DNA of 64,000 nucleotides from the NCBI GenBank assembly GCA_963805945.1, contig CAWDVP010000001.1, positions 384,770-448,769 of the forward strand, written 5' to 3'. This stretch comes from Vulcanimicrobiota bacterium. Its GTDB lineage: Bacteria; Vulcanimicrobiota; Vulcanimicrobiia; Eremiobacterales; Eremiobacteraceae. Below the pieces are notes generated by a model, which did not search any database, was not told where the DNA came from, and worked only from the letters and a program-made list of their open reading frames with translations. Position 1 is the stretch's first letter. Every line of letters starts with the position of its first letter. Both the position numbers and the translations under genes were made by a program. This document shows positions 7,158-19,720 of the stretch, in pieces.

Positions 7158-9919
7158 TCAGATCCGAAGCGCTTCTTCGACCGCCACGTCTTCGTTCATC
7201 CGGGCGCCGACCGCTCGAAGCCGTGCGAATTCGTCGTCGCCGATCGCGGACCGGATCGCCTTTTCGAGCGCGTCGAGCGACACTTGTTCCGTGCTCTCGA
7301 TACTGAAGTTGTTGCGCCCGAACGTCTCCTCGGTGTAGCCAAGCAGGCGCGCGGCGAGCTGAGGGTCGCCTTGCTCCGCTCCGACGCGGGCGAGATTCAT
7401 GATGCTTATCGCGACGTGCGAAGGGGCCTGCGCGTCACGCGCAATCCTCAACCCCTCCCTTGCACGGCGTCGGCCCTCCTCGAAGCGACCGAGCGCGAGG
7501 AGGTACGCGGCGAGGTTGTTGTAGCTGATATATGAGCGCGCCGTGGTGATTTCGAGATTCTCAAGCGCGAGCTCGACCGCCCGTGCTGCGTCGCCCATCG
7601 AGAACTCGATCTCCGCAAGGTTGCCTACGACTGTCGAACGTACGCGATCGTTGCCTACGGCGCGCGCGATGGCGAGCGCTTCCGCATAGAGGCTGCGCGC
7701 ATCCGCGACCCTGCCCCCGAAATGCAGATTCCGCGCCATCGCCGATTTGACGCCGGCGATCCGGTTCTGGTAGCCCATCTTTTCCGCGAGCACGAGCGCC
7801 TCGTCCAAGTACCGCTGCGCCTCTTCGTGTCGGAACTGACGCAAGCACGCCTCACCTATTTGGACAAGAGAGCTTTGAATGCCCGCGATATCATCAAGCT
7901 CTCGGTAGAGCAGCAACGCGCGTTCCGCGTATTCTCGCGCTTTCGGCCACGACACCACGGCGAGGCTTTGGACCCTGTAGAGCCCCGTCCAAAGCCGTGC
8001 GATCGTCTGCTTCGAGGAGATCTCGCCCCCGAGCGCCAGCGCGGCATCGACGCGTGCCCGCCCTTCCGCGTCATACCCCTCCCACGACCAGTAGTCGTAC
8101 ATGTTCGAGGTGAGCGCCGCGCCGAGCTCGACATCGTGCTTCTCGGCCAGCGCCCAGTCGAGCGCGGCGCGGATGTTGTCGAGCTCCGGGTCGATGAGCG
8201 CGAGGTATGCCCTCGTCGGCACTGTCTCTCGGAACGTTGCGGCGCGTTTTGCGAAGTCGAGGAACTATTTCGCATGCCGGATCTGCATCGGCTCGAGCTC
8301 GCCGCTCTTCTCGAGCAGCTCGTGCGCGTACTGACGCGTCGATTCGAGCAGGCGGTAGCGCTGTTCCGAGCCGGAGAGCTCCGCGACGACCATCGACTTG
8401 TCGACGAGCGACTGGAGGAGGTCCAAGACCGCCCATTCCTCGATCGTCTCATCCGAGCAGACCGCCGATGCGGCGTCGAGCGTCCAGCCGCCGGCGAAGA
8501 CCGCGACGCGGCGGAAGAGCGTCTTCTCGTCGTCGGTCAGCAGGTCGTAGCTCCAGTCGACGAGCGCGCGCATCGTCTGCTGCCGCGGCAGCGCCGTCCG
8601 GCTGCCGCCGGTGAGGATGCGGAAGCGCTCGTCGAGCGCGACTCGAGCTGCTCGAGGCTCAGCGCCTTGAGACGCGGCGCGGCGAGCTCGATCGCGAGCG
8701 CGATGCCGTCGAGCCGGTTGCACAGGCGCGCGACGATCGGCGCGTTCTCGTCGGTGAGGCGGAACGACTCGGTCGCCGCGATCGCCCGTTCGACGAAGAG
8801 CGCGACGGCGCCGTGCCGCATCGCCTCCTCGGCACTCACGTCGGCCGGTTGTTTCGGGCACCGCGAGCGAGGGGACCCGGTGGACGGACTCCCCATCGAT
8901 GCCGAGGCCCTGGCGCGTCGTCGCGATGATGCGGACGTTCGGGCAGTTGCGCAAGGATCGCGTCGATGAGCCTGGCGGCCGGCTCGACGACGTGCTCGCA
9001 GTTGTCGAAGATGATGAGCGCGCGCCGCGACTTGAGGGCGTGGACGATCGCCTCGGTCATCGTCCTGTTCGCCCCCTCGCTGATGTGGAAGATCGACGCG
9101 ATCGCGTTCGGGATGAGATCGTCGTCGGACAGCGGCGCGAGCTCGACGAGCCAGACGCCGTCCGCGTAGCGGTCGAGCAGATCGGCGCCCACCTGCAGCG
9201 CGAGGCGCGTCTTGCCGACGCCGCCCGCACCGACGAGCGTGACGAGCCGGTGCTTGGCGAGCAGTCTCCGAGCACGGTGAGGATTTCGACGTCGCGGCCG
9301 ACGAAGCTCGTGATCTGAAGCGGCAAGTTGTTCGGCAGCGCTTCGAGCGAGCGCAGCGGCGGGAAATCCGACGCGAGTCCGGGCGCTACGAGCTGGTAGA
9401 CCTGCTCGGGATGCGTCAGATCTTTGAGACGGTGCTCGCCGAGATCGCGCAGCGCGGCCTGCGGCGGCAGCTCGCCTTGCGAAGATCCGCGCTCGCGCCC
9501 GAAACGAGCACCTGGCCGCCGTGGCCGATCGCGAGCAGCCGCGCGACGCGATTGACCGCCGGTCCGAAATAGTCGCCGTCGCGCTCGTCAGTATGCCCGG
9601 TGTGGATCGCCATCCGCACCTTGAGGTCGTCGACGCCCGACCAATCCTCGGCGGCGAGCCGTTTCTGTGCGTCGAGCGACGCGGCGATCGCGTCAGCGAC
9701 ATTGTGAAACGCCGCGCAAAACGCGTCGCCGATCGTCTTGAAGACGTGTCCGTCGTGGGCTTCGATCGCCGCCTGAAGGATCTCATCGTTGCGGCGAACG
9801 GCGGATTTCATCTGCTCGCGATGGCGCTCCCATCGTTGCGTCGAGCCTTCGATGTCGGTGAACAGGAACGTGACGGTGCCGGTCGGGAGCTGCTTGCGGG
9901 CTGCTATCGTCTCAGACAC
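7158..9919 (-). pseudogene. Class III adenylate/guanylate cyclase - STAND/AAA NTPase - TPR gene, disrupted
   Basis: TFLFTDIEGST, FKTIGDAF, GDYFGPAVNRVARL, GAGGVGKT, IIFDNCEH, LAIELAA and TPRs are spread over several frames. Frame switches near 9481, 9267, 8953, 8852 and 8640, plus an in-frame TAG at 8265-8267. Confidence 0.85.
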
Positions 9920-10092
9920 GGTGACCTTTCGGAGCAGGCGCCAATTTCATGCGACGACGGTGACGGGCTGATACTCCAGCCCAGCCTGATGCGAGCTATA
10001 CTTCGCCCAGACATCGCGGCTTCCTAGGATATGGGAAGCGCGAGGCGCTTGAACGCGATGAAGTGACGGCGCGCCATTGCACTTCTTTTTTT

Positions 10093-10139
10093 CGCTGACG
10101 CGGCCTAAGTGTCCCAAGACAGCCGGGCACAACTCTTTT

Positions 10140-10156
<17 letters not shown>
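10093..10156. repeat. Right junction: inverted target copy (10093-10108), right TIR (10109-10141), 15-bp core (10142-10156)
   Basis: CGCTGACGCGGCCTAA 10093-10108 is the exact reverse complement of 10140-10155. Confidence 0.85.
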
Positions 10157-12839
<2,683 letters not shown>

Positions 12840-12853
12840 TGAAGTCGTACGTC

Positions 12854-13192
12854 CTATGCTATGGGTTCGGCAGGCCCGCGGTCTTCGTTCGAGCCGAGCT
12901 TGTGGCGCTTGTCGAGCAGGCGCGTCTTCAGTTTCTCTATCTGGTGCTCGAGCCGATCGCGCACGAGGTCGACGGCCTCATCGACGCTCCTGGAGCGCTC
13001 TTCCGCCTTGAGCACGTGCTGCGGCAGGTTCATGACGACGTCCACGATGCGCAGCTCGCGTTCCGCGCGCAAGGTCACGTGCGCGTCGATGATACGCGCG
13101 TTGTGGCGCTCGAGCCGCTCGAGCTGCTCCTCGACGTGGCGGCGCAGCGCGTCCGTCACCTCGAGGTTCCGGCCCTTTATATATATCTTCAT
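12854..13192 (-). CDS. hpf: Ribosome hibernation promoting factor (short HPF/RaiA)
   Basis: [24 protein letters not shown]; usual position upstream of secA. Confidence 0.92.
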   Translation of the reverse strand: MKIYIKGRNLEVTDALRRHVEEQLERLERHNARIIDAHVTLRAERELRIVDVVMNLPQHVLKAEERSRSVDEAVDLVRDRLEHQIEKLKTRLLDKRHKLGSNEDRGPAEPIA

Positions 13193-13239
13193 GTGGATGA
13201 CGCTTTGAGATAGAGATGCGGGAGTTCTGCCGATTCCAT

Positions 13240-13377
13240 CTAGTGAAAATGAAGTCCTGCCCGCAGCGCGATTTCATAGGCGGCGAAAGCCACCACCGCG
13301 ATGCCGACGATGACGAGCACGACCCGGGTGATGATGTACGGGCGCTGCGAGCGGGTCTTGATGATCTGGCGTTTCAT
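13240..13377 (-). CDS. Small single-pass membrane protein (45 aa)
   Basis: ATG overlaps the deacetylase stop (ATGA); MKRQIIKTRSQRPYIITRVVLVIVGIAVVAFAAYEIALRAGLHFH. Confidence 0.65.
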   Translation of the reverse strand: MKRQIIKTRSQRPYIITRVVLVIVGIAVVAFAAYEIALRAGLHFH

Positions 13378-14237
13378 GATCGACCCGAGCTTCGCTCGGG
13401 CACTACCGGAGCGACGACGTCGACCGGAATCGGGTCGTTGATCTCGTCCAAGGTCAGCCGCTGCTGCAGTTGTGAGAGCGTCACGAACTCGAAGCCGGCG
13501 CGGCGGTAGGCGTCGACGATCGACGGCAGCGCGGCGACGGTGGCGTCGGAGCCGTTGTGCAATAGGATCACCGCGGGCGACTTGGCGGTCTTCGTCACAT
13601 TGGCGATGATGAAATCGGGCGACAGGCGCTTCCAATCTCCCGGATCGACATCCCACAGCGCCATCGTCTGGCGGTTCGATCGCACGGCGTCAAGCGTGGC
13701 GCCGTCGAAGTTGCCGTGCGGCGGGCGGAAATACGCCGGCACCTGGCCCGTGCGGCGCTTGATGGCGGTCGCGCCGTCCGCGATCTCCGCGAGCTGCGCC
13801 GGGAAGAGCAGCGTCTTCATCTGCGGATGGCTCAGCGTGTGATCGCCGATCTCGTTGCCGCCGGCCGCCATGCGCGCGGCGATCGCAGGCTGTTCGGTGG
13901 CATCGCGGCCGATCAGGAAGAAGTCGGCGGGCACACCCAGGCGTTGCAGCGCCGCGAGCAGCGCCGGTGTCGCCACCGGGTACGGGCCGTCATCGAAGGT
14001 CAGGACGGCATAGCGCGGGTGCCGGGGCGGCGCGAAGGCGTCGCGCACGTCGAGCGCCATGCGCTGCACGAGCGCGCGCGGCGAGGGATGGAAGATATCG
14101 TCACTGGTCGCGGCCTGGGGCACGATCACCGGCACGAGTTCCGCGCGTGCGTGGCCGACCCAGCGGCGCAGGCCGAGGCTCGCCGCGAGCACGAGAAAGA
14201 CGATGACGGCGAAGATCGCGACGCGGCGGGCTGACAC
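13374..14237 (-). CDS. Membrane-anchored polysaccharide deacetylase (CE4/NodB)
   Basis: LTFDDGP, HTLSH, FRPPHG, ILLHNG; start GTG 14237 inferred. Confidence 0.92.
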   Translation of the reverse strand: MSARRVAIFAVIVFLVLAASLGLRRWVGHARAELVPVIVPQAATSDDIFHPSPRALVQRMALDVRDAFAPPRHPRYAVLTFDDGPYPVATPALLAALQRLGVPADFFLIGRDATEQPAIAARMAAGGNEIGDHTLSHPQMKTLLFPAQLAEIADGATAIKRRTGQVPAYFRPPHGNFDGATLDAVRSNRQTMALWDVDPGDWKRLSPDFIIANVTKTAKSPAVILLHNGSDATVAALPSIVDAYRRAGFEFVTLSQLQQRLTLDEINDPIPVDVVAPVVPERSSGRS

Positions 14238-14238
14238 G

Positions 14239-15555
14239 CTACTGCGCGCGGTAATCCCGACCGATGACGATGTCGATGTCGCCGCCGACGACATCGCCGG
14301 TCGTGACCTCCGGGTCCTTTATGGGCAGGCGCTTGGCGACCTCACCGACGATAGTCTTATCAGAGCCGGTGACGGTGGTCTTCGGGTTGTTGAAGGTCGC
14401 CGCGTTGCCCGTCGAGACGACGTCAAAACCTTTTTGGCGCAGGTAATCCGCCAGCGCCGAGGCGGCGCCGGGTTGGCCCGAGCCGTTGTGCACGACGACG
14501 TGCACGGTCGAGGGGTCGAATTCGCCGCCGAAACCGGCGACGAGGTACTTCTGCACGATCGGCTTGCCCGCCGCGGCGTCGTAGTAGAGCACGGACTCGC
14601 CGTTGGTGAACCCCTCGAGCACCGGCAGGCCCACGGTGTGCACCATCGCCGGCGTCTCGCCGCGCAGCGCGAGCGCGAGGTAGAACAGCTTGTCGTAGGA
14701 GAGGTCGGTGCGGACGTTGTCCTGCACCAAGCCGATGAGCGACGGTAGTTTCCCGAAGATCGCTGGATCTTTCATGCGTTTCACCAGATCGCCGATCACC
14801 TGGCGCTGGCGCCGCATCCGGCCGAAATCGCCTTCGGGGTCGTGGCGGAAGCGGATGTAGCCGACCGCCTGCTCGCCGTTGAGATGCTGCGGGCCTTTCT
14901 TAAGATGGATGTGCAGATGTCCCCAGCTGTCGTCGTAGTCCATGTCCTTCTCGACGTTCGTGTTGACGCCGCCGATCGCGTCGACGAGATTCTTCGTGGC
15001 GTCGATCCTAAGAACGATATAGTTGTCGAATGGCGGAAAGTTGAGGTTATCGACGAGCGTCTTGGCGGAGCGCAATGGGCCGCCGTCGGCGACCGCCTCG
15101 TTGACCTTGCCGTAGCCGCTCTTGGGGATGTGCACCCACAGATCGCGCGGCACGGAGACGATGCTCACGTCGTGCGACGCCAAGTCGATGTTCACCGCCA
15201 GCATGGTGTCCGAACGGCTGGTCGAGGTGTACGCCTCGTCTTTCTCGGTCCAGTTCTCATCCAGACCCAAGACCAGCACGCGCAGTTTCTGTTTGCCGAA
15301 GATCTCGGTGAGATCCGGCGACGCGAGATCGAACGGCGCGAGCGCGTTCATGAGGCCGTGCTTGTGATGGATGTAGACGCCGAGCGATACGCCCGCGACG
15401 ATGACCAGCGCGAGCAACGCGGTGAGCAGGAAGACCCTGCGCGGCCGTGGGGGCGCGACGGGCACATCCGTGTTCGGGATCGGCGGCGGAGTCTCGAGTT
15501 GGTCGGGCAACGTGCCTCCGGTCTTGGCGGGCGGCGGCAGCGCCGTCCTGGACAA
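14239..15555 (-). CDS. LCP (LytR-CpsA-Psr) family protein with LytR_C domain
   Basis: RSDTML, SVPRDLWV, YIRFRH, DFGRMRRQ; C-terminal VVHNGSGQPGAA. Confidence 0.93.
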   Translation of the reverse strand: MSRTALPPPAKTGGTLPDQLETPPPIPNTDVPVAPPRPRRVFLLTALLALVIVAGVSLGVYIHHKHGLMNALAPFDLASPDLTEIFGKQKLRVLVLGLDENWTEKDEAYTSTSRSDTMLAVNIDLASHDVSIVSVPRDLWVHIPKSGYGKVNEAVADGGPLRSAKTLVDNLNFPPFDNYIVLRIDATKNLVDAIGGVNTNVEKDMDYDDSWGHLHIHLKKGPQHLNGEQAVGYIRFRHDPEGDFGRMRRQRQVIGDLVKRMKDPAIFGKLPSLIGLVQDNVRTDLSYDKLFYLALALRGETPAMVHTVGLPVLEGFTNGESVLYYDAAAGKPIVQKYLVAGFGGEFDPSTVHVVVHNGSGQPGAASALADYLRQKGFDVVSTGNAATFNNPKTTVTGSDKTIVGEVAKRLPIKDPEVTTGDVVGGDIDIVIGRDYRAQ

Positions 15556-15616
15556 CTCTTCTATTGTAGGTGCAGCCGGGGTGCCGGCATAGGGCGTGCG
15601 CGCTGCGCCGGGCGAC

Positions 15617-17002
15617 TTAGGTCGCGGCGACGGCGACGAGCAGTGGTCGAGCGGCGCGATCGAAATCCGTGTGGCCGACCATCTGTGCGCTCACGAACTC
15701 TCCGACCGGATGCTCTCCGCTGACGAAGACCGAGCCATCGACCCCCGGCGCTTCGCGCGCGGACCGTCCCACCGAGACGAGCCGTTCGCCGAGGAGCGTG
15801 CGGAGCGGCGATGCGGGCGTCAACAACCTCTTGCCCTCGATGAGGACCTCCAAACGTTCCCCGACGCGCTGCGAGTCGACGTCGAGCGAGATGCGCCGTT
15901 GCGCGTCGCGAGCCTGTGCGAGGCGGCGGCGCTTGACGCTTTCGGCCACCTGCGCCGGCGCGTCGTATGCAGGCGTTCCCTCTTCGCGCGAGTAGGCGAA
16001 AAACCCGACTCGATCGAGGCGTGCGCGCTCGAGAAATGTGAGGAGATAGTGAAAATGTTCATCCGTTTCACCGGGAAAACCCAGGATGAAGGTGCTGCGG
16101 ATGGTCGCATCCGGCAAGGCCGCGCGCAGGCCGGCGAACAGCTCGAGGTAGCGTTCGGGCGCCGGCGGACGGTGCATCGCCTTGAGGATGTCCGGATGCG
16201 CGTGCTGCAGCGGCATGTCGACGTACGGGATCACGGTGCGCGACGCTCGGATCGCCGCGACGATCTCCGGCGTGACCGACGTCGGATAGAGGTACAAGAT
16301 GCGCACCCACTCGATGCCGTGCACCGCGTCGAGCGCTTCGATCAGCCGCGCGAGGCCGTGGCGCAGCCCGATGTCGCGCCCGTAATCCGATGAATCCTGC
16401 GCCACGAGGATGAGCTCTTTGACGCCGCCGGCCGCCAGCGCGCGCGCCTCTTCGACGAGCGACGGGATCGTGCGGCTCTTGCCGAGGCCGCGCAGCGTCG
16501 GGATGATGCAGAAGGCGCAGGTGTGGTTGCAGCCCTCGGAGATCTTGAGATAGGCGGTGGCGCGCGGCGTCGTGACCACCCGGGGCAGAAAACCGAGCCG
16601 CTCCACGTACTCGTCGCGGTCCTCGAGATGCAAGGGGCGCATGCCGGCGTCCACTTCACGCATGATCTCTGGGATCTTAGGGAACGCGCCGGTGCCCACC
16701 ACCGCGTCGATCTCGGGGATCAGCTCGCGCAGCTCCGCGCCGTAGCGCTGCGCCAGACAGCCGGCGACGATGAGACGCTGTCCGGGCCGTTTGGCCGCGG
16801 CGTACTCGAGGATCGCGTCGGTAGATTCAGCTTTGGCGGGGTTGATGAACGCACATGTGTTGACGATGACCGCATCCGCGTCGCCGGCCTCGCCGGTGAT
16901 CTCCCAGCCCTCGCCCGCGAAACGGCCGAGCATCACCTCGCCGTCGATGAGGTTCTTGGCGCAGCCCAGGCTCGCGAGGAACGCGCGGCGCGCGCGCGTC
17001 AA
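15617..17002 (-). CDS. rimO: Ribosomal protein S12 methylthiotransferase RimO
   Basis: LGCAKNLIDGE, KISEGCNHTCAFCIIP, TRAM domain with APGVDG. Confidence 0.95.
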   Translation of the reverse strand: MTRARRAFLASLGCAKNLIDGEVMLGRFAGEGWEITGEAGDADAVIVNTCAFINPAKAESTDAILEYAAAKRPGQRLIVAGCLAQRYGAELRELIPEIDAVVGTGAFPKIPEIMREVDAGMRPLHLEDRDEYVERLGFLPRVVTTPRATAYLKISEGCNHTCAFCIIPTLRGLGKSRTIPSLVEEARALAAGGVKELILVAQDSSDYGRDIGLRHGLARLIEALDAVHGIEWVRILYLYPTSVTPEIVAAIRASRTVIPYVDMPLQHAHPDILKAMHRPPAPERYLELFAGLRAALPDATIRSTFILGFPGETDEHFHYLLTFLERARLDRVGFFAYSREEGTPAYDAPAQVAESVKRRRLAQARDAQRRISLDVDSQRVGERLEVLIEGKRLLTPASPLRTLLGERLVSVGRSAREAPGVDGSVFVSGEHPVGEFVSAQMVGHTDFDRAARPLLVAVAAT

Positions 17003-17490
17003 CGGTAGTTCACGAATTGGACGGCGAAATCGAGCGGCAGCCCTTTGATGAGGTCGATCACCTTCTGCAGGTCGTCTTTTGACTTGCTCGTCACGCGCAG
17101 CTGCTCGTCTTGGATCCTCGTCGTGACCTTCAGCTTCGAGTCTTTGATCGCCTCAGTGAGCTGCTTGGCGCGCTCCTTGGCGATGCCTTGCTCGCACGTG
17201 ACGACTTGGCGCAGCGTGCCTTGGGATGCCGCCTCGGGCGTGCCGAACTTGAGCGCCTTGAGCGAGACGCCGCGTTTCACGAACTTGCCCTGGAGTATGT
17301 CCACGATGTTCTTGCGCTTGAGCTCGTCGTCGGCGATGATCGTGATCTGCATGTCGCCGAGGTCGATGCTCGACTTGGAATTACGGAAATCGAAACGCGT
17401 GGCGATCTCGCGCTGCGCTTGATCCACGGCGTCGGCGAAGTTCTGTTTGTCGACTCGAGAGACGACGTCGAATGAGAACTCGCTACTCAC
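16999..17490 (-). CDS. yajQ: YajQ family nucleotide/c-di-GMP-binding protein
   Basis: SFDVVSRVD...RFDFRNSK...DDLQKVI...QFVNYR. Confidence 0.95.
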   Translation of the reverse strand: MSSEFSFDVVSRVDKQNFADAVDQAQREIATRFDFRNSKSSIDLGDMQITIIADDELKRKNIVDILQGKFVKRGVSLKALKFGTPEAASQGTLRQVVTCEQGIAKERAKQLTEAIKDSKLKVTTRIQDEQLRVTSKSKDDLQKVIDLIKGLPLDFAVQFVNYR

Positions 17491-18349
17491 GCGGCCCGGT
17501 CGTCAGCTGCGACGAGGTCTTGGCGGCGAAGACGCGCTCTTCGACTTGGCCGTGCTGGCCGAGCGTGCCGAGCGACCGGCCGTCGATGGTCGCGTTCACC
17601 CCGCCTGCATTGCCGGCGCGCAGCGAGATCTCGCGCACGCCGTGGAACGCCCGCACCGTGCCCGCGGGCAAGGTCTCGTACACCACGCGCTTGCCATCCA
17701 CCGTCACGGAGAGCCAGCTGTCCTGCGTCAGCTGCAGCTGCAGGTTGACGCCGGGGCGCGCGCCCGCGTCGGTCGCGCCGGCGCTGGCGGCGTTGAACAC
17801 CGCCGCATCTTGCGGCGCGGGCGACGCGATGCTCGTATCGGGCTGGGTGACGGCCGGCGCTGCCTGCGACTGCTGTCGCGGCGCCGGTCCGAACGTGTAG
17901 TAGAGCACCGCGATGACGAGCGCGGCGGCAAGCGTGCTCATGAGCCCGAGCAGCCACGGATACCACGCCCGCGTGGTCGCAGCGGTCGAGTTCACTCGAC
18001 CGACGTGACCGCTGCGGTCGAATGAATTCGTATCTGGCGTAGATGGAGCGGTCGAATTCATTCGACCGTCGTCTACGACGGTTTGCGTCTCGATCGTGTC
18101 CGTCGCCGGCGGCTGCATCGGCACCGCGGCGTTGAGCTGCTCCGCGACGACGTGCTGATCGATCCCCAGCATGCGCGCGTAGTTGCGCACGAAGCCACGC
18201 GCGTACGCCGGCGCGCCGAGCTTCGCCCAGTCCTCCGCCTCGATCGCGGCGATGTACTGTGAACGGATATGCAGTCGCTCGGCCGCTTCTTGGGCCGTGA
18301 TGCCGCGCTTCTCGCGCGCGGCGGCGATCTGCTCACCAAGACCGGTCAT
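17483..18349 (-). CDS. rodZ: RodZ-like protein (HTH_25 - TM - DUF4115)
   Basis: GEQIAAAREKRG...YARGFVRNYARMLG, TM helix, C-terminal SWLSVTVDG...GNAGGV. Confidence 0.85.
   Translation of the reverse strand: MTGLGEQIAAAREKRGITAQEAAERLHIRSQYIAAIEAEDWAKLGAPAYARGFVRNYARMLGIDQHVVAEQLNAAVPMQPPATDTIETQTVVDDGRMNSTAPSTPDTNSFDRSGHVGRVNSTAATTRAWYPWLLGLMSTLAAALVIAVLYYTFGPAPRQQSQAAPAVTQPDTSIASPAPQDAAVFNAASAGATDAGARPGVNLQLQLTQDSWLSVTVDGKRVVYETLPAGTVRAFHGVREISLRAGNAGGVNATIDGRSLGTLGQHGQVEERVFAAKTSSQLTTGPRE
17981..18068. repeat. Three REP-like palindromes inside the rodZ coding sequence
   Basis: AGCGGTCGAGTTCACTCGACCG 17981-18002; GCGGTCGAATGAATTCG 18014-18030 (partial); ATGGAGCGGTCGAATTCATTCGACCG 18043-18068. 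Confidence 0.8.
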
Positions 18350-18570
18350 GTCACCCTTACGACCGCGCCGAACATTTTTGGAGAGAGAGATGCAGACGCC
18401 GCGCGCCGCGCGGCGAACGGTTTCTGGCCTCTTCAAATGGATGGGGACGGTGCTGCTCTAGAGAATTGGTGAGGGTCGAGGGCACTCCCTCTGTGACGCA
18501 GATGACGAAAACCCTGATAACGCACAATGATCCCTTAACCTCCGCCAGGGTGCCGGCACACGGCTCCCCT

Positions 18571-19710
18571 ATGCTCGAGCGCGCCCTGCCGCCGCTGCAC
18601 GACGGGCTGGCGCTGGCCGCCATGAGCGGCGGGGTGGACAGCGCGGTCGCGACCGCCCTCGCCGTGGCGGCCGGCCGGAAAGCGGTCGGCGTCACAATGC
18701 GGCTATGGAGCCCGGGTCAGGGAGAACTCTCCGAAAAGGTCCGGCAGTGCTGCGGCCCGACCGCCTACGAGGACGCGCGCCGCGCCGCCGGCTTGGCCGG
18801 GATCGCGCACTACGTGGTCAATTTCGAGGCGGCCTTCGAGCGCGCCGTGGTCGATTATTTCTGCGGCGAATATCTCGCTGGACGCACGCCAAATCCGTGC
18901 GTCGCTTGCAACAACCTGGTGAAGTTCGGCGCGCTGCTCGACTTCTCGCGCGCGCTCGGCGCGCGCACGATGATCACCGGCCACTACGTGCGCATCCGCC
19001 ACGACGCCGACGGACCGCGGCTGCTGCGCGCCGTCGATCGGGGCAAGGATCAGTCGTACATGTTGGCGGGTCTCGCGCCCGAGCAGCTCGACGCGATCGT
19101 CGCCCCGCTCGGCGATCATACGAAGGAGCAGACACGCGCGCTCGCGCGCGAGCTGGGTCTCGGCGTCGCCGACAAGCCGGACTCGATGGATCTCTGCTTC
19201 GTCGACGGCGACTACCGCGGCTTCATCCTCGCGCGCTTCCCGGATGCGGCGCGAGCCGGACCGATCGTGACGTCGGACGGCGTCGAAGTGGGCCGACATG
19301 ACGGCTTGCTCGGCTACACCGTGGGTCAGCGCAAAGGCATCAGCAATGCAGCGCTCGGCGACGGCCCCTGGTATGTGGTGCGCACCGAGCGGCGTTCGAA
19401 CGCGGTCGTGATCGGCAGACGCGAGGCGCTTGCGCGGCACGTCATCACCTGCAGCGCGCCGAACGTGATCCGCCCGCGCGCGTTCGCCGGCGGCCGCGCC
19501 GCGGGTCTCGCGGTGTGCCGCTATCGCAGCGCGCCGATCGCCGCGACCGCGCAGCTCGAGGGCGACCGCATGACGATCCGCCTCGCCGCGCCGGCGAGCG
19601 TCGTCTCGCCCGGCCAGCTGCTCGTGCTGTACGATGAAAGCGATGCCGAGGTGCTCGCGTCAGGCATCATCGAGCCGGCCGAAGCAACCGAAGCGTTCGC
19701 CGCCTCGTAG
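18571..19710 (+). CDS. mnmA: tRNA 2-thiouridine(34) synthase MnmA
   Basis: AMSGGVDS, GRTPNPCVACN, TGHY, KDQSY, YTVGQRKG, PGQ; start inferred. Confidence 0.95.
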   Translation: MLERALPPLHDGLALAAMSGGVDSAVATALAVAAGRKAVGVTMRLWSPGQGELSEKVRQCCGPTAYEDARRAAGLAGIAHYVVNFEAAFERAVVDYFCGEYLAGRTPNPCVACNNLVKFGALLDFSRALGARTMITGHYVRIRHDADGPRLLRAVDRGKDQSYMLAGLAPEQLDAIVAPLGDHTKEQTRALARELGLGVADKPDSMDLCFVDGDYRGFILARFPDAARAGPIVTSDGVEVGRHDGLLGYTVGQRKGISNAALGDGPWYVVRTERRSNAVVIGRREALARHVITCSAPNVIRPRAFAGGRAAGLAVCRYRSAPIAATAQLEGDRMTIRLAAPASVVSPGQLLVLYDESDAEVLASGIIEPAEATEAFAAS

Positions 19711-19720
19711 TAACCAGCGT

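Noticed and set aside
8265..8267. Amber recoding (pyrrolysine or readthrough)
   Set aside because: The same gene has five frameshifts, TAG is used as a normal stop elsewhere, and no pyl genes are seen.
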